Part shown: positions 19,769-28,689 of the stretch, one piece after another
Layout of the letters: each line of letters starts with the position of its first letter
Numbering within the stretch: position 1 is the first letter of the stretch
Assembly (NCBI GenBank): GCA_902566515.1
Contig: CACFIX010000003.1
Span: forward strand, 3,889 to 67,888
Direction of reading: 5' to 3'
DNA length: 64,000 bases
From: an uncultured Candidatus Actinomarina sp.
GTDB taxonomy: Bacteria > Actinomycetota > Acidimicrobiia > Actinomarinales > Actinomarinaceae
The notes under the pieces: model-generated
What the model saw: only the letters and a program-made list of their open reading frames with translations
What the model was told of the DNA's origin: nothing
Databases searched by the model: none
Program-made: the position numbers and the translations under genes

Positions 19769-20556
19769 AATATGTCCTTTGCAATATCATAATAATTTTC
19801 AGGAGTTAAATTACTTGCGCGATTATTAGGGTCTATACCTAATTCAACAAGACTGTCCTCAGAGATTATTGATTTGAGTGATGTTCTGACTTTTTTTCTT
19901 TTTTGTTGAAAAGCAATTTTGGATATTTCAAATGCTCGAATTCTTGTTTCTTCATCCAAGATAGTCTCTCTTTGAATAGTCAGCACAGAAGAAGTAATTT
20001 TTGGAGGTGGATAGAAACAATTTTTTGAAACATCAAATTGAATCTTGGATTCAGTAAATAATTTAAATAAGACTGATAAAGCACCATATTCTTTTCCACC
20101 AGGTTTCGCAACAATTCTATCTCCCACCTCTTTTTGAACCATGACAACATATCTATGAATTACAGGAACTTCAGTTATCAATTTAACCAACAATCTTGTT
20201 CCGATATTGTAAGGCAAATTCGATACAAAAATCCACCATGGACCCTGAAGTTGTGTGTAGTCAAATTCCATTGCATCTTCATTGAATATCTCCAGATTAG
20301 GTACATCAATAAATCTTTCATTTAGAATCTCTGCAAGATTCCCATCAATTTCTACGGCCTTAATTCTGTAATTATCTTTTAATAATTCACTTGTTAAAGA
20401 TCCCGTGCCAGGGCCAACTTCAATTATTGGATCTGCTAATTGTCCCTGAACTAATTTTGTAATTTTTCTTGATATATTTGAATCAATTAGAAAATTCTGG
20501 CCTAATTTATAATTTGGCTTTGTTTCTAATTTTTCAACCCATTCTTGTTCACTCAT
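19765..20556 (-). CDS. rsmA: 16S rRNA (adenine1518/1519-N6)-dimethyltransferase
   Basis: 263 aa. Motifs are GQNFL, the SAM site VGPGTGSLT, and SNLPYNI. Confidence 0.9.
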   Translation of the reverse strand: MSEQEWVEKLETKPNYKLGQNFLIDSNISRKITKLVQGQLADPIIEVGPGTGSLTSELLKDNYRIKAVEIDGNLAEILNERFIDVPNLEIFNEDAMEFDYTQLQGPWWIFVSNLPYNIGTRLLVKLITEVPVIHRYVVMVQKEVGDRIVAKPGGKEYGALSVLFKLFTESKIQFDVSKNCFYPPPKITSSVLTIQRETILDEETRIRAFEISKIAFQQKRKKVRTSLKSIISEDSLVELGIDPNNRASNLTPENYYDIAKDIL

Positions 20557-21328
20557 TTAAATCTCGAGATAATAATCTATCAGTATTGTTTTTAGTCAGT
20601 TCTGAAAACTCATTTAGCGATATATCTAATATTTTTGAAATTTTTTCAGCAGTATACATAATATAAGACGGTTTATTTTTTTGTCCTTTATAAGGTTCAG
20701 GAGCTAAATAAGGAATGTCTGTTTCAACTAAAATTTTATTTAATGGAATATTATTAACTGCTAGTTGCAAATCTTGAGCAGTGTCGTACGTTACAATTCC
20801 AGATATAGAGAAATAAACACCAAGTTCTGCAAACTTTTTAGTCCACTTATTACCCCCAGTCCATGAATGTAGAATAATTTTATTGTTGCTTTCTCTCTCA
20901 CTAAGAATTTTATAAATATCAGAAAAACTATCTCTGCAATGAACAATTACTGGTTTAGAAAGCTTTTCACCAACTTCAAGGTGGTAAAGAAAGCTATTTA
21001 TCTGATCTTCCTTTGATGATAAATTGCGATAGTAATCCAGTCCAGTTTCGCCAATCAAGTCAGCTTCGATAAATAAAGTATCGAGTGATTGTTTTAACGT
21101 TTCAAATTCACTGGCTTGATGTGGATGCAAGCCTGCTGACCAATAAGACAGTTTTTTTAAACTATTAGAAACTTGCTTTGCTTTTAATGAAGACTCTACA
21201 TCAACACCTGGAATCACTACATACTCTAGATTAAATAGGTCCCTTTCATCGATTTCATTACTCCAAAGCTGAAGATGACAATGCGTATCTACCCATTTGA
21301 ATTGCTCTAATGTTTTATTTTTATTCAC
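20549..21328 (-). CDS. TatD family metal-dependent hydrolase
   Basis: 259 aa. It has the DTHCHL N-terminal metal site and overall TatD-like length and pattern. Confidence 0.8.
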   Translation of the reverse strand: MNKNKTLEQFKWVDTHCHLQLWSNEIDERDLFNLEYVVIPGVDVESSLKAKQVSNSLKKLSYWSAGLHPHQASEFETLKQSLDTLFIEADLIGETGLDYYRNLSSKEDQINSFLYHLEVGEKLSKPVIVHCRDSFSDIYKILSERESNNKIILHSWTGGNKWTKKFAELGVYFSISGIVTYDTAQDLQLAVNNIPLNKILVETDIPYLAPEPYKGQKNKPSYIMYTAEKISKILDISLNEFSELTKNNTDRLLSRDLNE

Positions 21329-21358
21329 TACTATATAAGCATAGGATTAAATACATTT

Positions 21359-21598
21359 ATGAGTAAAGGTAACAGAAGTAAAATTGATAATCTTGGAAGG
21401 GTTGTAATTCCAAAATCTATTAGGAAAGCTCTTGATGTTGAAGCTAATAGTGAAATCTCAATGTATGTTGAAGATAAAAAGTTAATAATTACAAAGGGCT
21501 ATCAAACTTGTTCTATATGTGGCTCCAAAGATGTCACATATCAACTCAAAGATAAATTTCTATGTTCTAATTGTATAAACGATATTAAGAGTCTTTAA
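21359..21598 (+). CDS. AbrB/MazE/SpoVT-type DNA-binding protein with C-terminal CxxC...CxxC zinc ribbon
   Basis: 79 aa. The swapped-hairpin motif is IDNLGRVVIPKSIRKAL, followed by CSICGSKD...CSNC. Confidence 0.65.
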   Translation: MSKGNRSKIDNLGRVVIPKSIRKALDVEANSEISMYVEDKKLIITKGYQTCSICGSKDVTYQLKDKFLCSNCINDIKSL

Positions 21599-22400
21599 TT
21601 TTATCGTAGATTGCGTTTGTAGGAATGTCAGTAATCAGAGATACTGCTTTTGCTAAATCTCTTTTAGGAACACCATTATCTAATAATATTTTTAGTGCAG
21701 AATCTAGTTCAAAATTTACATTTGTATTTAATTCACTAGGTGCAATGACGAGCGTTATTTCGCCTTTGAGATTATCTGAGCTAAGCTTTTCTTTAACTTC
21801 TGCTATATCGCCTCGGTGAATTGTTTCAAATTTTTTTGTTAATTCCCTACACAATGTTATTTGTGAATTCAATCCATTTTTTTCAAAATAATCAAGATCT
21901 TTTATTACACGTTTTGGAGAAGTAAAACAGACACTTGGCATTTGAGCATTTAATAATTTTGTTAAAAATTCGCTTTTCTCTTTTCCTGATTTAGGTATGA
22001 ATCCTAAAAATTGAAAATTTGAAATGTCGAATCCAGAAAGAGTTAAAGCTACTAGCACACTTGAGGGACCGGGTATTGATTCAACTCTAAATCCTTCCTT
22101 GATTATTATTTCTACTAGTTTATTACCTGGATCAGAAATTAAAGGCGTACCTGCATCAGAAATAAGTGCTAGGTTTAAATTATTTCCTAAATGACTTTTG
22201 ATATCTTCAATTTTATTGATTTCATTGCCAATAAAGTATGACTCTATTCCTGTTTCAATACCAAAATAATTTAAAAGTTTTTTTGCACGTCTTGTATCCT
22301 CACAATAAATTAAATCGACATTGTTTAATACATCAAGGAGTCTTTGTGATACATCATCTAAATTTCCAATTGGGGTTGGGCAAATGTATAAAGTACCCAC
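21585..22400 (-). CDS. rsmI: 16S rRNA (cytidine1402-2'-O)-methyltransferase
   Basis: 271 aa. The N-terminus GTLYICPTPIGNLDDVS and the tetrapyrrole-methylase-fold pattern fit RsmI. Confidence 0.85.
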   Translation of the reverse strand: MGTLYICPTPIGNLDDVSQRLLDVLNNVDLIYCEDTRRAKKLLNYFGIETGIESYFIGNEINKIEDIKSHLGNNLNLALISDAGTPLISDPGNKLVEIIIKEGFRVESIPGPSSVLVALTLSGFDISNFQFLGFIPKSGKEKSEFLTKLLNAQMPSVCFTSPKRVIKDLDYFEKNGLNSQITLCRELTKKFETIHRGDIAEVKEKLSSDNLKGEITLVIAPSELNTNVNFELDSALKILLDNGVPKRDLAKAVSLITDIPTNAIYDKIKDS

Positions 22401-22405
22401 TTTGT

Positions 22406-23806
22406 TTATAAGTCACCAAGCTGTGATGAGATTTCATCAATAATATTTATGTCTTGAGAAAGGACCATTTTTACAAAACCATTTTGCTTTGAAATCCATA
22501 CATTGGTGGAGCCTTTATAAATAACTCCGTTGTACTGTTCAACCACTTCTGTAAATCTTTTTTGGGTATCGCCCCATAAAATAAATGCATCATATATTTC
22601 ATCAAGATCTGCAGCAGTGTCGCCACTTATTTTTACAGTCATTACTAAATTGCCAGATGAATCAACGTAGTCTTTCCATGAACCTCCCCCGATTCCAACT
22701 GCAGCAGTAATTGCAGGGATAGGTCCAATGGTGTCTTGTAGAAGATAAACAAGGTCCAAAGATCCAAGTGTACCTTCATCTATTAACTCAAAATTATTAA
22801 TTTCAACATCAGCAATTTCGATGACATCATATCTTTCATTAGCAAAATACTTTTCAGAGGAATATATCTGTTCAGAGGTAGGGAGGTTTGTTAAGCCAGT
22901 TCTTTTATACTCACCTAGCGCGTCATTTAAAGCTGCCATTTTTCCTTTATTGATAATTTCTCTTGAAAGTATTGGACCATAGGTGTAATACAAATCTGAA
23001 GGTATATAAAAATAATTTGGAAGCTGAACCCTGCAGGAAATATTTGGAATCTGTGCTTGCATAGTTTGACGGTCATATGCATCTAAACTATCAACCCATT
23101 TTGCTTCGACCCACTCAGCTTGAGCCTCCATTAATGCTCTAATTCCTGGATAGTTAGAGAAATCATCTAAGTCATCCATTTCTTGATACCACTCAGATAC
23201 CTCAAAATGCATACCCTGTAAAGAATGGACAAGTTCATGAACTACTACTCTCTGTTCATAAAAATTAAGCTTTTTTTGACCTGATTTTATAGGGACTCTT
23301 AGTGTTTTATCTAATAAGTTGTATGAACCAGCAGAGAAACAACGTTGGAATTCTACTTGTAAATTTAAAAGTTGGTCAGCTGAGAAATCATTTAAACCCC
23401 ACATATTTTCTGAAAGTACAGCTCTTTCCCACTCACCTTCTTCATAATCTTCTTCAAAATCATCTAGAAAAGAAAGAGCATTGTATTCTTGATAATCATT
23501 AAGAGTGTAAAAATCATAGAGAGGTTCTTCGATAAACTCTAAACCTATTCTTCTCTCAATAAATTTCATTAATTCAGCTAATTGATTTTTGATTTCAGTT
23601 GGCGGTTCTTGAATCTCTAATCCAAACTCATCAATTGCAAACGGAGGCTCTTCATAAACAGTTGTTGTTGTAGAGGTAGATGTAGTTGTGGTACTTTCAG
23701 TAGTTGTAGATTCTTCTGCCTGGGTTTCAGAAACAGATTCTTCAGTAGTTCCTGATGAGCAGGATATTAAAATTAGACACAAAAAAGTTAGTAAAAATTT
23801 TCTCAT
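22406..23806 (-). CDS. Lipoprotein with Thr-rich linker and HExxH motif (putative secreted metallopeptidase-like protein)
   Basis: 466 aa. It has the lipobox LILISCSS, the linker ESTTTESTTTTSTSTTTTV, and the motif VVHELVHSLQ. Confidence 0.5.
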   Translation of the reverse strand: MRKFLLTFLCLILISCSSGTTEESVSETQAEESTTTESTTTTSTSTTTTVYEEPPFAIDEFGLEIQEPPTEIKNQLAELMKFIERRIGLEFIEEPLYDFYTLNDYQEYNALSFLDDFEEDYEEGEWERAVLSENMWGLNDFSADQLLNLQVEFQRCFSAGSYNLLDKTLRVPIKSGQKKLNFYEQRVVVHELVHSLQGMHFEVSEWYQEMDDLDDFSNYPGIRALMEAQAEWVEAKWVDSLDAYDRQTMQAQIPNISCRVQLPNYFYIPSDLYYTYGPILSREIINKGKMAALNDALGEYKRTGLTNLPTSEQIYSSEKYFANERYDVIEIADVEINNFELIDEGTLGSLDLVYLLQDTIGPIPAITAAVGIGGGSWKDYVDSSGNLVMTVKISGDTAADLDEIYDAFILWGDTQKRFTEVVEQYNGVIYKGSTNVWISKQNGFVKMVLSQDINIIDEISSQLGDL

Positions 23807-23858
23807 AGGTTATTAGATTACATGTATTCTATTATTTATAAAAACAATTGGAGGAATT

Positions 23859-24260
23859 TTGATTAAAGAATTTAGAGATTTTATCAATAGAGGGAATGTT
23901 GTTGAACTTGGAGTAGCGTTCGTTATGGGTGCTTCTTTTAAGTCATTGGTTGATGTTTTTACCAAGAGATTAGTTGAGCCATTGATTGGTTTAATAATAA
24001 ATCTTCCTAATTTAGATAAGCTAGGAATGTTTGGAGATATAGATCCTGCATCTGGTACGTCTGCAGGCTCTTTTGGAGCATTTTTAGGGGAAGTAATAAA
24101 TTATACAATTATTGCTTTTGTAATGTTTTTAGTAATAAAAGCTTACAACCATTTTGAAGATATTGTTTCTGATGAAGAAACTGAAGCAGTAGCTGCAGAA
24201 TCAAAAGAGGTATTATTGCTTAAAGAAATTAGAGATGGAATAAATAAGATTAGTAAATAA
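23859..24260 (+). CDS. mscL: Large-conductance mechanosensitive channel
   Basis: 133 aa with a TTG start preceded by GGAGGA. The N-terminus FRDFINRGNVVELGVAFVMG is diagnostic for MscL. Confidence 0.9.
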   Translation: MIKEFRDFINRGNVVELGVAFVMGASFKSLVDVFTKRLVEPLIGLIINLPNLDKLGMFGDIDPASGTSAGSFGAFLGEVINYTIIAFVMFLVIKAYNHFEDIVSDEETEAVAAESKEVLLLKEIRDGINKISK

Positions 24261-24271
24261 TAAAAAATTTT

Positions 24272-26035
24272 ATGAAAGAAAATAATTTAAGAGATTTATT
24301 TAACTACGCACTTGAGCAAGATACAAAGGTTCGTAGAGGAATAATTTATTCAATACTAAATAAAATATTTGACTTAGCTCCTCCTGTTTTGATTGGTATT
24401 GCAATAGATATAGTGGTGGAAGGATCTGATTCCTTTATAGGAAATCTTGGATATAGCGACAGAAGACAGCAATTAATTATTCTCGCCATCTTAACTTTTA
24501 TAATATGGGGACTAGAATCAGCATTCGATTATATCGCGGCTGTTACTTGGAGAAACATCTCTCAAGATATCGAACATTCTTTACGCACAGATGCCTTTAA
24601 TAATGTCCTCGGTCTTGATTTGGCTTTTTTTGAAAATAAATCTTCTGGAAGATTGATGGCAATCCTTAATGATGATGTAAATCAACTAGAGACTTTCTTG
24701 GATAACGGTGCAAACAGACTAGTTCAAACTGCTACAACCGTTCTTGTTATTGGTGGAACATTCTTGTATATTTCACCGCTAGTTGCTGTGTTTGCCTTTA
24801 TACCCATTCCAATTATTATTTTTGGCTCACTTAAATTCACTAACAGAATTGCAGAAAGGTATACAAAGATTCGAAATGATATAGAAAATTTAAATGCCAA
24901 TCTTTCGAACTCTCTTACAGGAATACTCACAGTAAAAAGTTTTAATAGAGAAAAAAAAGAAAGCGAAAGAATAATTTTTTCATCAAATGAGGTTAAAAGT
25001 GCAAATTATCATGCAATAAGACTATCTGCAGCATTTATTCCTATAATTCGAATTGCAATACTATTTGGATTTACAGCAACACTTTTAATTGGTGGTTTCT
25101 TAGCCCTAGACGGAGAAATTAAAGTAGCAACCTATTCAGTAATGCTATTTATAACACAGAGATTATTGTGGCCATTAACTGAACTCGGAGTGATTTTTGA
25201 TTCTTATCAAAAAGCAATGGCATCATTTAGACGAATTATAAATTTAAAAAATACTTCACCCACAATCGATAATGGAAACAAAAAGCTCACAAGTTTTAAT
25301 AATAAAATTGAGATATCAAATTTAAATTTTGAATATGTTACAAATTTTCCAGTTTTAAATGACGTTTCTATAGACATAAATAAAGGTCAAACTACAGCGA
25401 TTGTTGGAAGCACAGGTTCTGGGAAATCTACTCTAATAAAACTTATTTTAAGATTATACGATTCAACTTCTGGAGAAATTAAATTTGATGGCAAAAATAT
25501 AAGAGATTTAGAGTTAGACAGTTTGAGAAATAAAATCGGATTGGTTAGCCAAGATATATTTTTATTTGAAGGTACAGTTTTTGAAAATATTGCATACGGA
25601 AATCTAGATGCAAAAGATGAAGAAGTTTGGGAAGCAGCAAAACTTTCAGAGTCTGACAAATTTATAAATCTATTGCCTAATAAAGAAAATACAATCGTTG
25701 GAGAAAGAGGACAAAAACTATCAGGTGGCCAAAGGCAAAGAATCTCAATAGCAAGAGCAATACTAAAAAATCCAGAAATATTAATTTTAGATGAAGCAAC
25801 TTCAGCCGTTGACAATGAAACTGAAGCTGCAATACAGAGGTCTATTAATACCTTAAAAGAAGGAAGGACTGTTATTGCAATAGCGCATCGTTTATCCACT
25901 ATAAGAAATGCTGAAATTATTTATGTTTTAGAAAAAGGTAAAGTTGTTGAATCTGGAAATCACGAAAGCCTTCTAGAAATTAATGGAGTTTACTCAAAGC
26001 TATGGTCAGTTCAAACAGGAGAAAAAATTAGTTAA
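24272..26035 (+). CDS. ABC transporter, fused permease/ATPase (exporter type)
   Basis: 587 aa. It has a six-TM N-terminal half, Walker A GSTGSGKST, signature LSGGQRQR, and Walker B ILILDEATSAVD. Confidence 0.9.
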   Translation: MKENNLRDLFNYALEQDTKVRRGIIYSILNKIFDLAPPVLIGIAIDIVVEGSDSFIGNLGYSDRRQQLIILAILTFIIWGLESAFDYIAAVTWRNISQDIEHSLRTDAFNNVLGLDLAFFENKSSGRLMAILNDDVNQLETFLDNGANRLVQTATTVLVIGGTFLYISPLVAVFAFIPIPIIIFGSLKFTNRIAERYTKIRNDIENLNANLSNSLTGILTVKSFNREKKESERIIFSSNEVKSANYHAIRLSAAFIPIIRIAILFGFTATLLIGGFLALDGEIKVATYSVMLFITQRLLWPLTELGVIFDSYQKAMASFRRIINLKNTSPTIDNGNKKLTSFNNKIEISNLNFEYVTNFPVLNDVSIDINKGQTTAIVGSTGSGKSTLIKLILRLYDSTSGEIKFDGKNIRDLELDSLRNKIGLVSQDIFLFEGTVFENIAYGNLDAKDEEVWEAAKLSESDKFINLLPNKENTIVGERGQKLSGGQRQRISIARAILKNPEILILDEATSAVDNETEAAIQRSINTLKEGRTVIAIAHRLSTIRNAEIIYVLEKGKVVESGNHESLLEINGVYSKLWSVQTGEKIS

Positions 26036-27206
26036 TCTTTTCTGCAATATACTCACCAATAGCTAAAGAAGCTGTTGCTGCAGGGCTTGGTGCATTTAGA
26101 ACATGAAGAGAGTTATTACCCTCCTCAAAAACAAAATCGTCAATCAAGTCGCCGTTAGAACTTACAGCTTGCGCCCTTACTCCAGCTACTCGGGGTTCTA
26201 AATCTTTTAACTCAACATTAGGAATATAATTTAATATTTCCTTTAGAAATACTCTCTTATTTAAAGATCTATACATCTCAGAAACTCCTGTACCAAAGTA
26301 TTTCTTGCCTAGCTTCCACATTCCTTTGTATGAAATTGTTTTACTAAATTCAAAAACATTTATGTTGCTCCATTTATATCCCTCTTTAGCAAATGCTAAA
26401 ACTGCATTTGGACCAGCTTCAATTTGACCATCAACTGTTTTGGTAAGATGAATACCCAAAAATGGTAAGTTTGGATCACTTATTGGATAAATCATATTAT
26501 TTACTAAATGAGATTTCTCTTGATTCAATACAAAATATTCACCCCTAAAAGGAATTATTCTTAAATTGGGCTTAATATTGTCCATTAAGGCAACTGTATC
26601 AGAAAATAAACCTGCACAGTTTATTAGATATTCTGAAGTAAATGTTTCCTTATCACTGGTAAGAATTTTAAAATCATTTTTTGAATCTATTGATTTTATT
26701 TTTTGAAAATATTTAACAGTTCCTCCTAAAGTCTCAAATTTCTTCGCAATTGTCTCTGTTACTACCTTATAGTCAACTACTCCAGCCTGAGGAACATATA
26801 ATGCTGATTCAAATTTACAATTTGGTTCTAAATCTAGTATCTCATTTCTTTCCAAAGGCCTTACACCATCCATGTTAAGTTCTTTAGCTCTATTGTTTAA
26901 ATGGGTAATTTTTTCTATATCATGATCGACTACAATTTTTCCTTCAATTCTGAATGGGATGCTTTCCGAATTCATAAAATCAATTAATAGTTCTCTACCT
27001 CTAATACAAAGATTTGATTTGAAAGACTGAGGTTTGTAATAAATTCCAGAATGAATAACTCCTGAGTTTCTACCAGACTGGTGGGTCCCTGGAGATTTTT
27101 CTTTATCTAATACAAGAACATTTTTACCTTGTTCTTGTAATTTTAGAGCCGTTGAGAGACCAACAATACCTGCCCCTACAATTGCAACATCATATATTTT
27201 ATTCAT
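26028..27206 (-). CDS. FAD-dependent oxidoreductase, L-2-hydroxyglutarate oxidase-like
   Basis: The FAD-binding motif is YDVAIVGAGIVGLS. The track ORF start (27251) reads into the tmRNA gene, so I trimmed it to ATG 27206 (MNKIYDVAIVGAG). Confidence 0.75.
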   Translation of the reverse strand: MNKIYDVAIVGAGIVGLSTALKLQEQGKNVLVLDKEKSPGTHQSGRNSGVIHSGIYYKPQSFKSNLCIRGRELLIDFMNSESIPFRIEGKIVVDHDIEKITHLNNRAKELNMDGVRPLERNEILDLEPNCKFESALYVPQAGVVDYKVVTETIAKKFETLGGTVKYFQKIKSIDSKNDFKILTSDKETFTSEYLINCAGLFSDTVALMDNIKPNLRIIPFRGEYFVLNQEKSHLVNNMIYPISDPNLPFLGIHLTKTVDGQIEAGPNAVLAFAKEGYKWSNINVFEFSKTISYKGMWKLGKKYFGTGVSEMYRSLNKRVFLKEILNYIPNVELKDLEPRVAGVRAQAVSSNGDLIDDFVFEEGNNSLHVLNAPSPAATASLAIGEYIAEKIN

Positions 27207-27543
27207 GGTGGAGGTGCGGGGAGTCGAACCCCGGTCCTTCCAAGCTATCAAACAGATTCTCCGAGTGCATCCGATGTTTTACTGCTAGGCAAGTCATCGG
27301 AACCTATAACCTAACAGGTTTACCTAAATCTTAAGAGTTAGTCGGTAACCCAACTCAGCATCCCACATTTCGACGCCATTGCTATCCGAGGTGGGAACCC
27401 CGATAGGTGACGAGCAGCTGTTAGGCTGCTAAAGCCAACTTAGGTTTGGCAGTTATATTGTTTTCCTACGTTTTTTACGAGGCCCTAGGACCCTCGACTC
27501 GCTACTGAGAGACTCGCTTCAAAGTCGAAGCCAGTTCACCCCC
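27206..27543 (-). ncRNA. ssrA: tmRNA (ssrA), one-piece
   Basis: On the reverse complement the 5' end is GGGGGTGAACTGGCTTCGAC and the 3' end is GGACCGGGGTTCGACTCCCCGCACCTCCACCA. The acceptor stem has a G3-U70 pair. The tag frame ends ...GCC AAA CCT AAG TTG GCT TTA GCA GCC TAA (..AKPKLALAA stop). Confidence 0.92.
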
Positions 27544-27595
27544 ATACAGTTTTATTAGTTCTAAAATTATACTTGAGAATTAGATTATTTGAAAT

Positions 27596-28240
27596 ATGAA
27601 AATTAATAACAATAGCTTTGAACTAAACGAACAATTACAAATGGTAATTGATTCAAATGATAATGATGGGTTAATTTTTATACCAAAAAATATTCAACTT
27701 GATGTAGAAATAGAAAACTATTTTGGAAAAATTGTAATTTGTAAGTTAGTTATTCATCCTTCTGAGAGTGAATTTCAAATTGGTAAATTAACAATTGAAA
27801 ATAACATTCCAAATATGGATATTAAGTTACTTGATCGATATATTTATAAAGTTTTATCTGACAAGTCTGGATTAGCCTACTCTCCTTACAAATTTTTCCC
27901 TAATTACGATTTTACAGTTTTTGAAAAAGGCAGAAGGCCCTCGCCGTTAGATTGGGCTATGTTTGCTTCTATATATGTGTTTAGTTGCAATGTCTTACCG
28001 CAATCAATAAAAGTAGAATTATCACTTGCAAAGTATCTAAGAATATCAGAGGAAAACTTTAAAAGATTTATGAAAAAGATTCCTGAAGATTTATTTAGAA
28101 AATCAGGACACACCGAATCTAGAGGTGGGGATATCTCATTGAATGCAGAAAATTTAATTAAAGAATTTCTAGGAGCAGAACAGGAATCTTTTGAGAACAA
28201 TCCTTTTTTAAAGTTTTACTCTGAAGCTGATTTTGCCTGA
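27596..28240 (+). CDS. Hypothetical protein (orphan, 214 aa)
   Basis: It is a clean ORF in an otherwise fully coding region. I recognise no motif in it. Confidence 0.5.
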   Translation: MKINNNSFELNEQLQMVIDSNDNDGLIFIPKNIQLDVEIENYFGKIVICKLVIHPSESEFQIGKLTIENNIPNMDIKLLDRYIYKVLSDKSGLAYSPYKFFPNYDFTVFEKGRRPSPLDWAMFASIYVFSCNVLPQSIKVELSLAKYLRISEENFKRFMKKIPEDLFRKSGHTESRGGDISLNAENLIKEFLGAEQESFENNPFLKFYSEADFA

Positions 28241-28659
28241 GCTCTGCTGACCATAGATATAACCTTATTAACATCAATTTCCCATATTTCTCTGGATTTG
28301 AATCCTGCTTGCTCCCAAGTGACATCTTTTGTTCTACCATATGGTTTACCTGAATATCTATTTGATAAATAATCTATGTGCTCATTTGCAGTTGAATCTT
28401 GAACAATATTCCCAACAACGCCCCTTAACTCCCAGCATGTATACATATCAGATGGATGAAATATAACTAGTGAAATATTTGGTTCCTTCCTAATGTTTAC
28501 TGTTTTTTTTCTTCCTTGCTCTGTATTGATAAGAATTTTATTATCTTTGTAATCAACCCACATTAAATGATTCTGCATCTCTTTTTCATTGATTTTGGTT
28601 GATAATGCACAAAAAGCATTGTTATCAATTGCTTGCTTAAGTTCATTAGGAAGTTGCAT
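28216..28659 (-). CDS. Pyridoxamine 5'-phosphate oxidase-like (PPOX-class, possibly F420/FMN-dependent) protein
   Basis: 147 aa. Its split-barrel-like pattern (CALSTK...HLMWVDY...KILINTEQGRKKTVNIRK.PNISLVI) resembles PPOX-class proteins. This rests on family recall only. Confidence 0.55.
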   Translation of the reverse strand: MQLPNELKQAIDNNAFCALSTKINEKEMQNHLMWVDYKDNKILINTEQGRKKTVNIRKEPNISLVIFHPSDMYTCWELRGVVGNIVQDSTANEHIDYLSNRYSGKPYGRTKDVTWEQAGFKSREIWEIDVNKVISMVSRAQAKSASE

Positions 28660-28689
28660 ACATCCTTATTTTAAGTAAAAATTATTAAT

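Noticed and set aside
27207-27251. N-terminal 15 aa of the track oxidoreductase ORF (MIAWKDRGSTPRTST), and the plus-strand ORF 27152-27334
   Set aside because: Both are read from the tmRNA 3' domain. The FAD-binding fold begins at the ATG at 27206.
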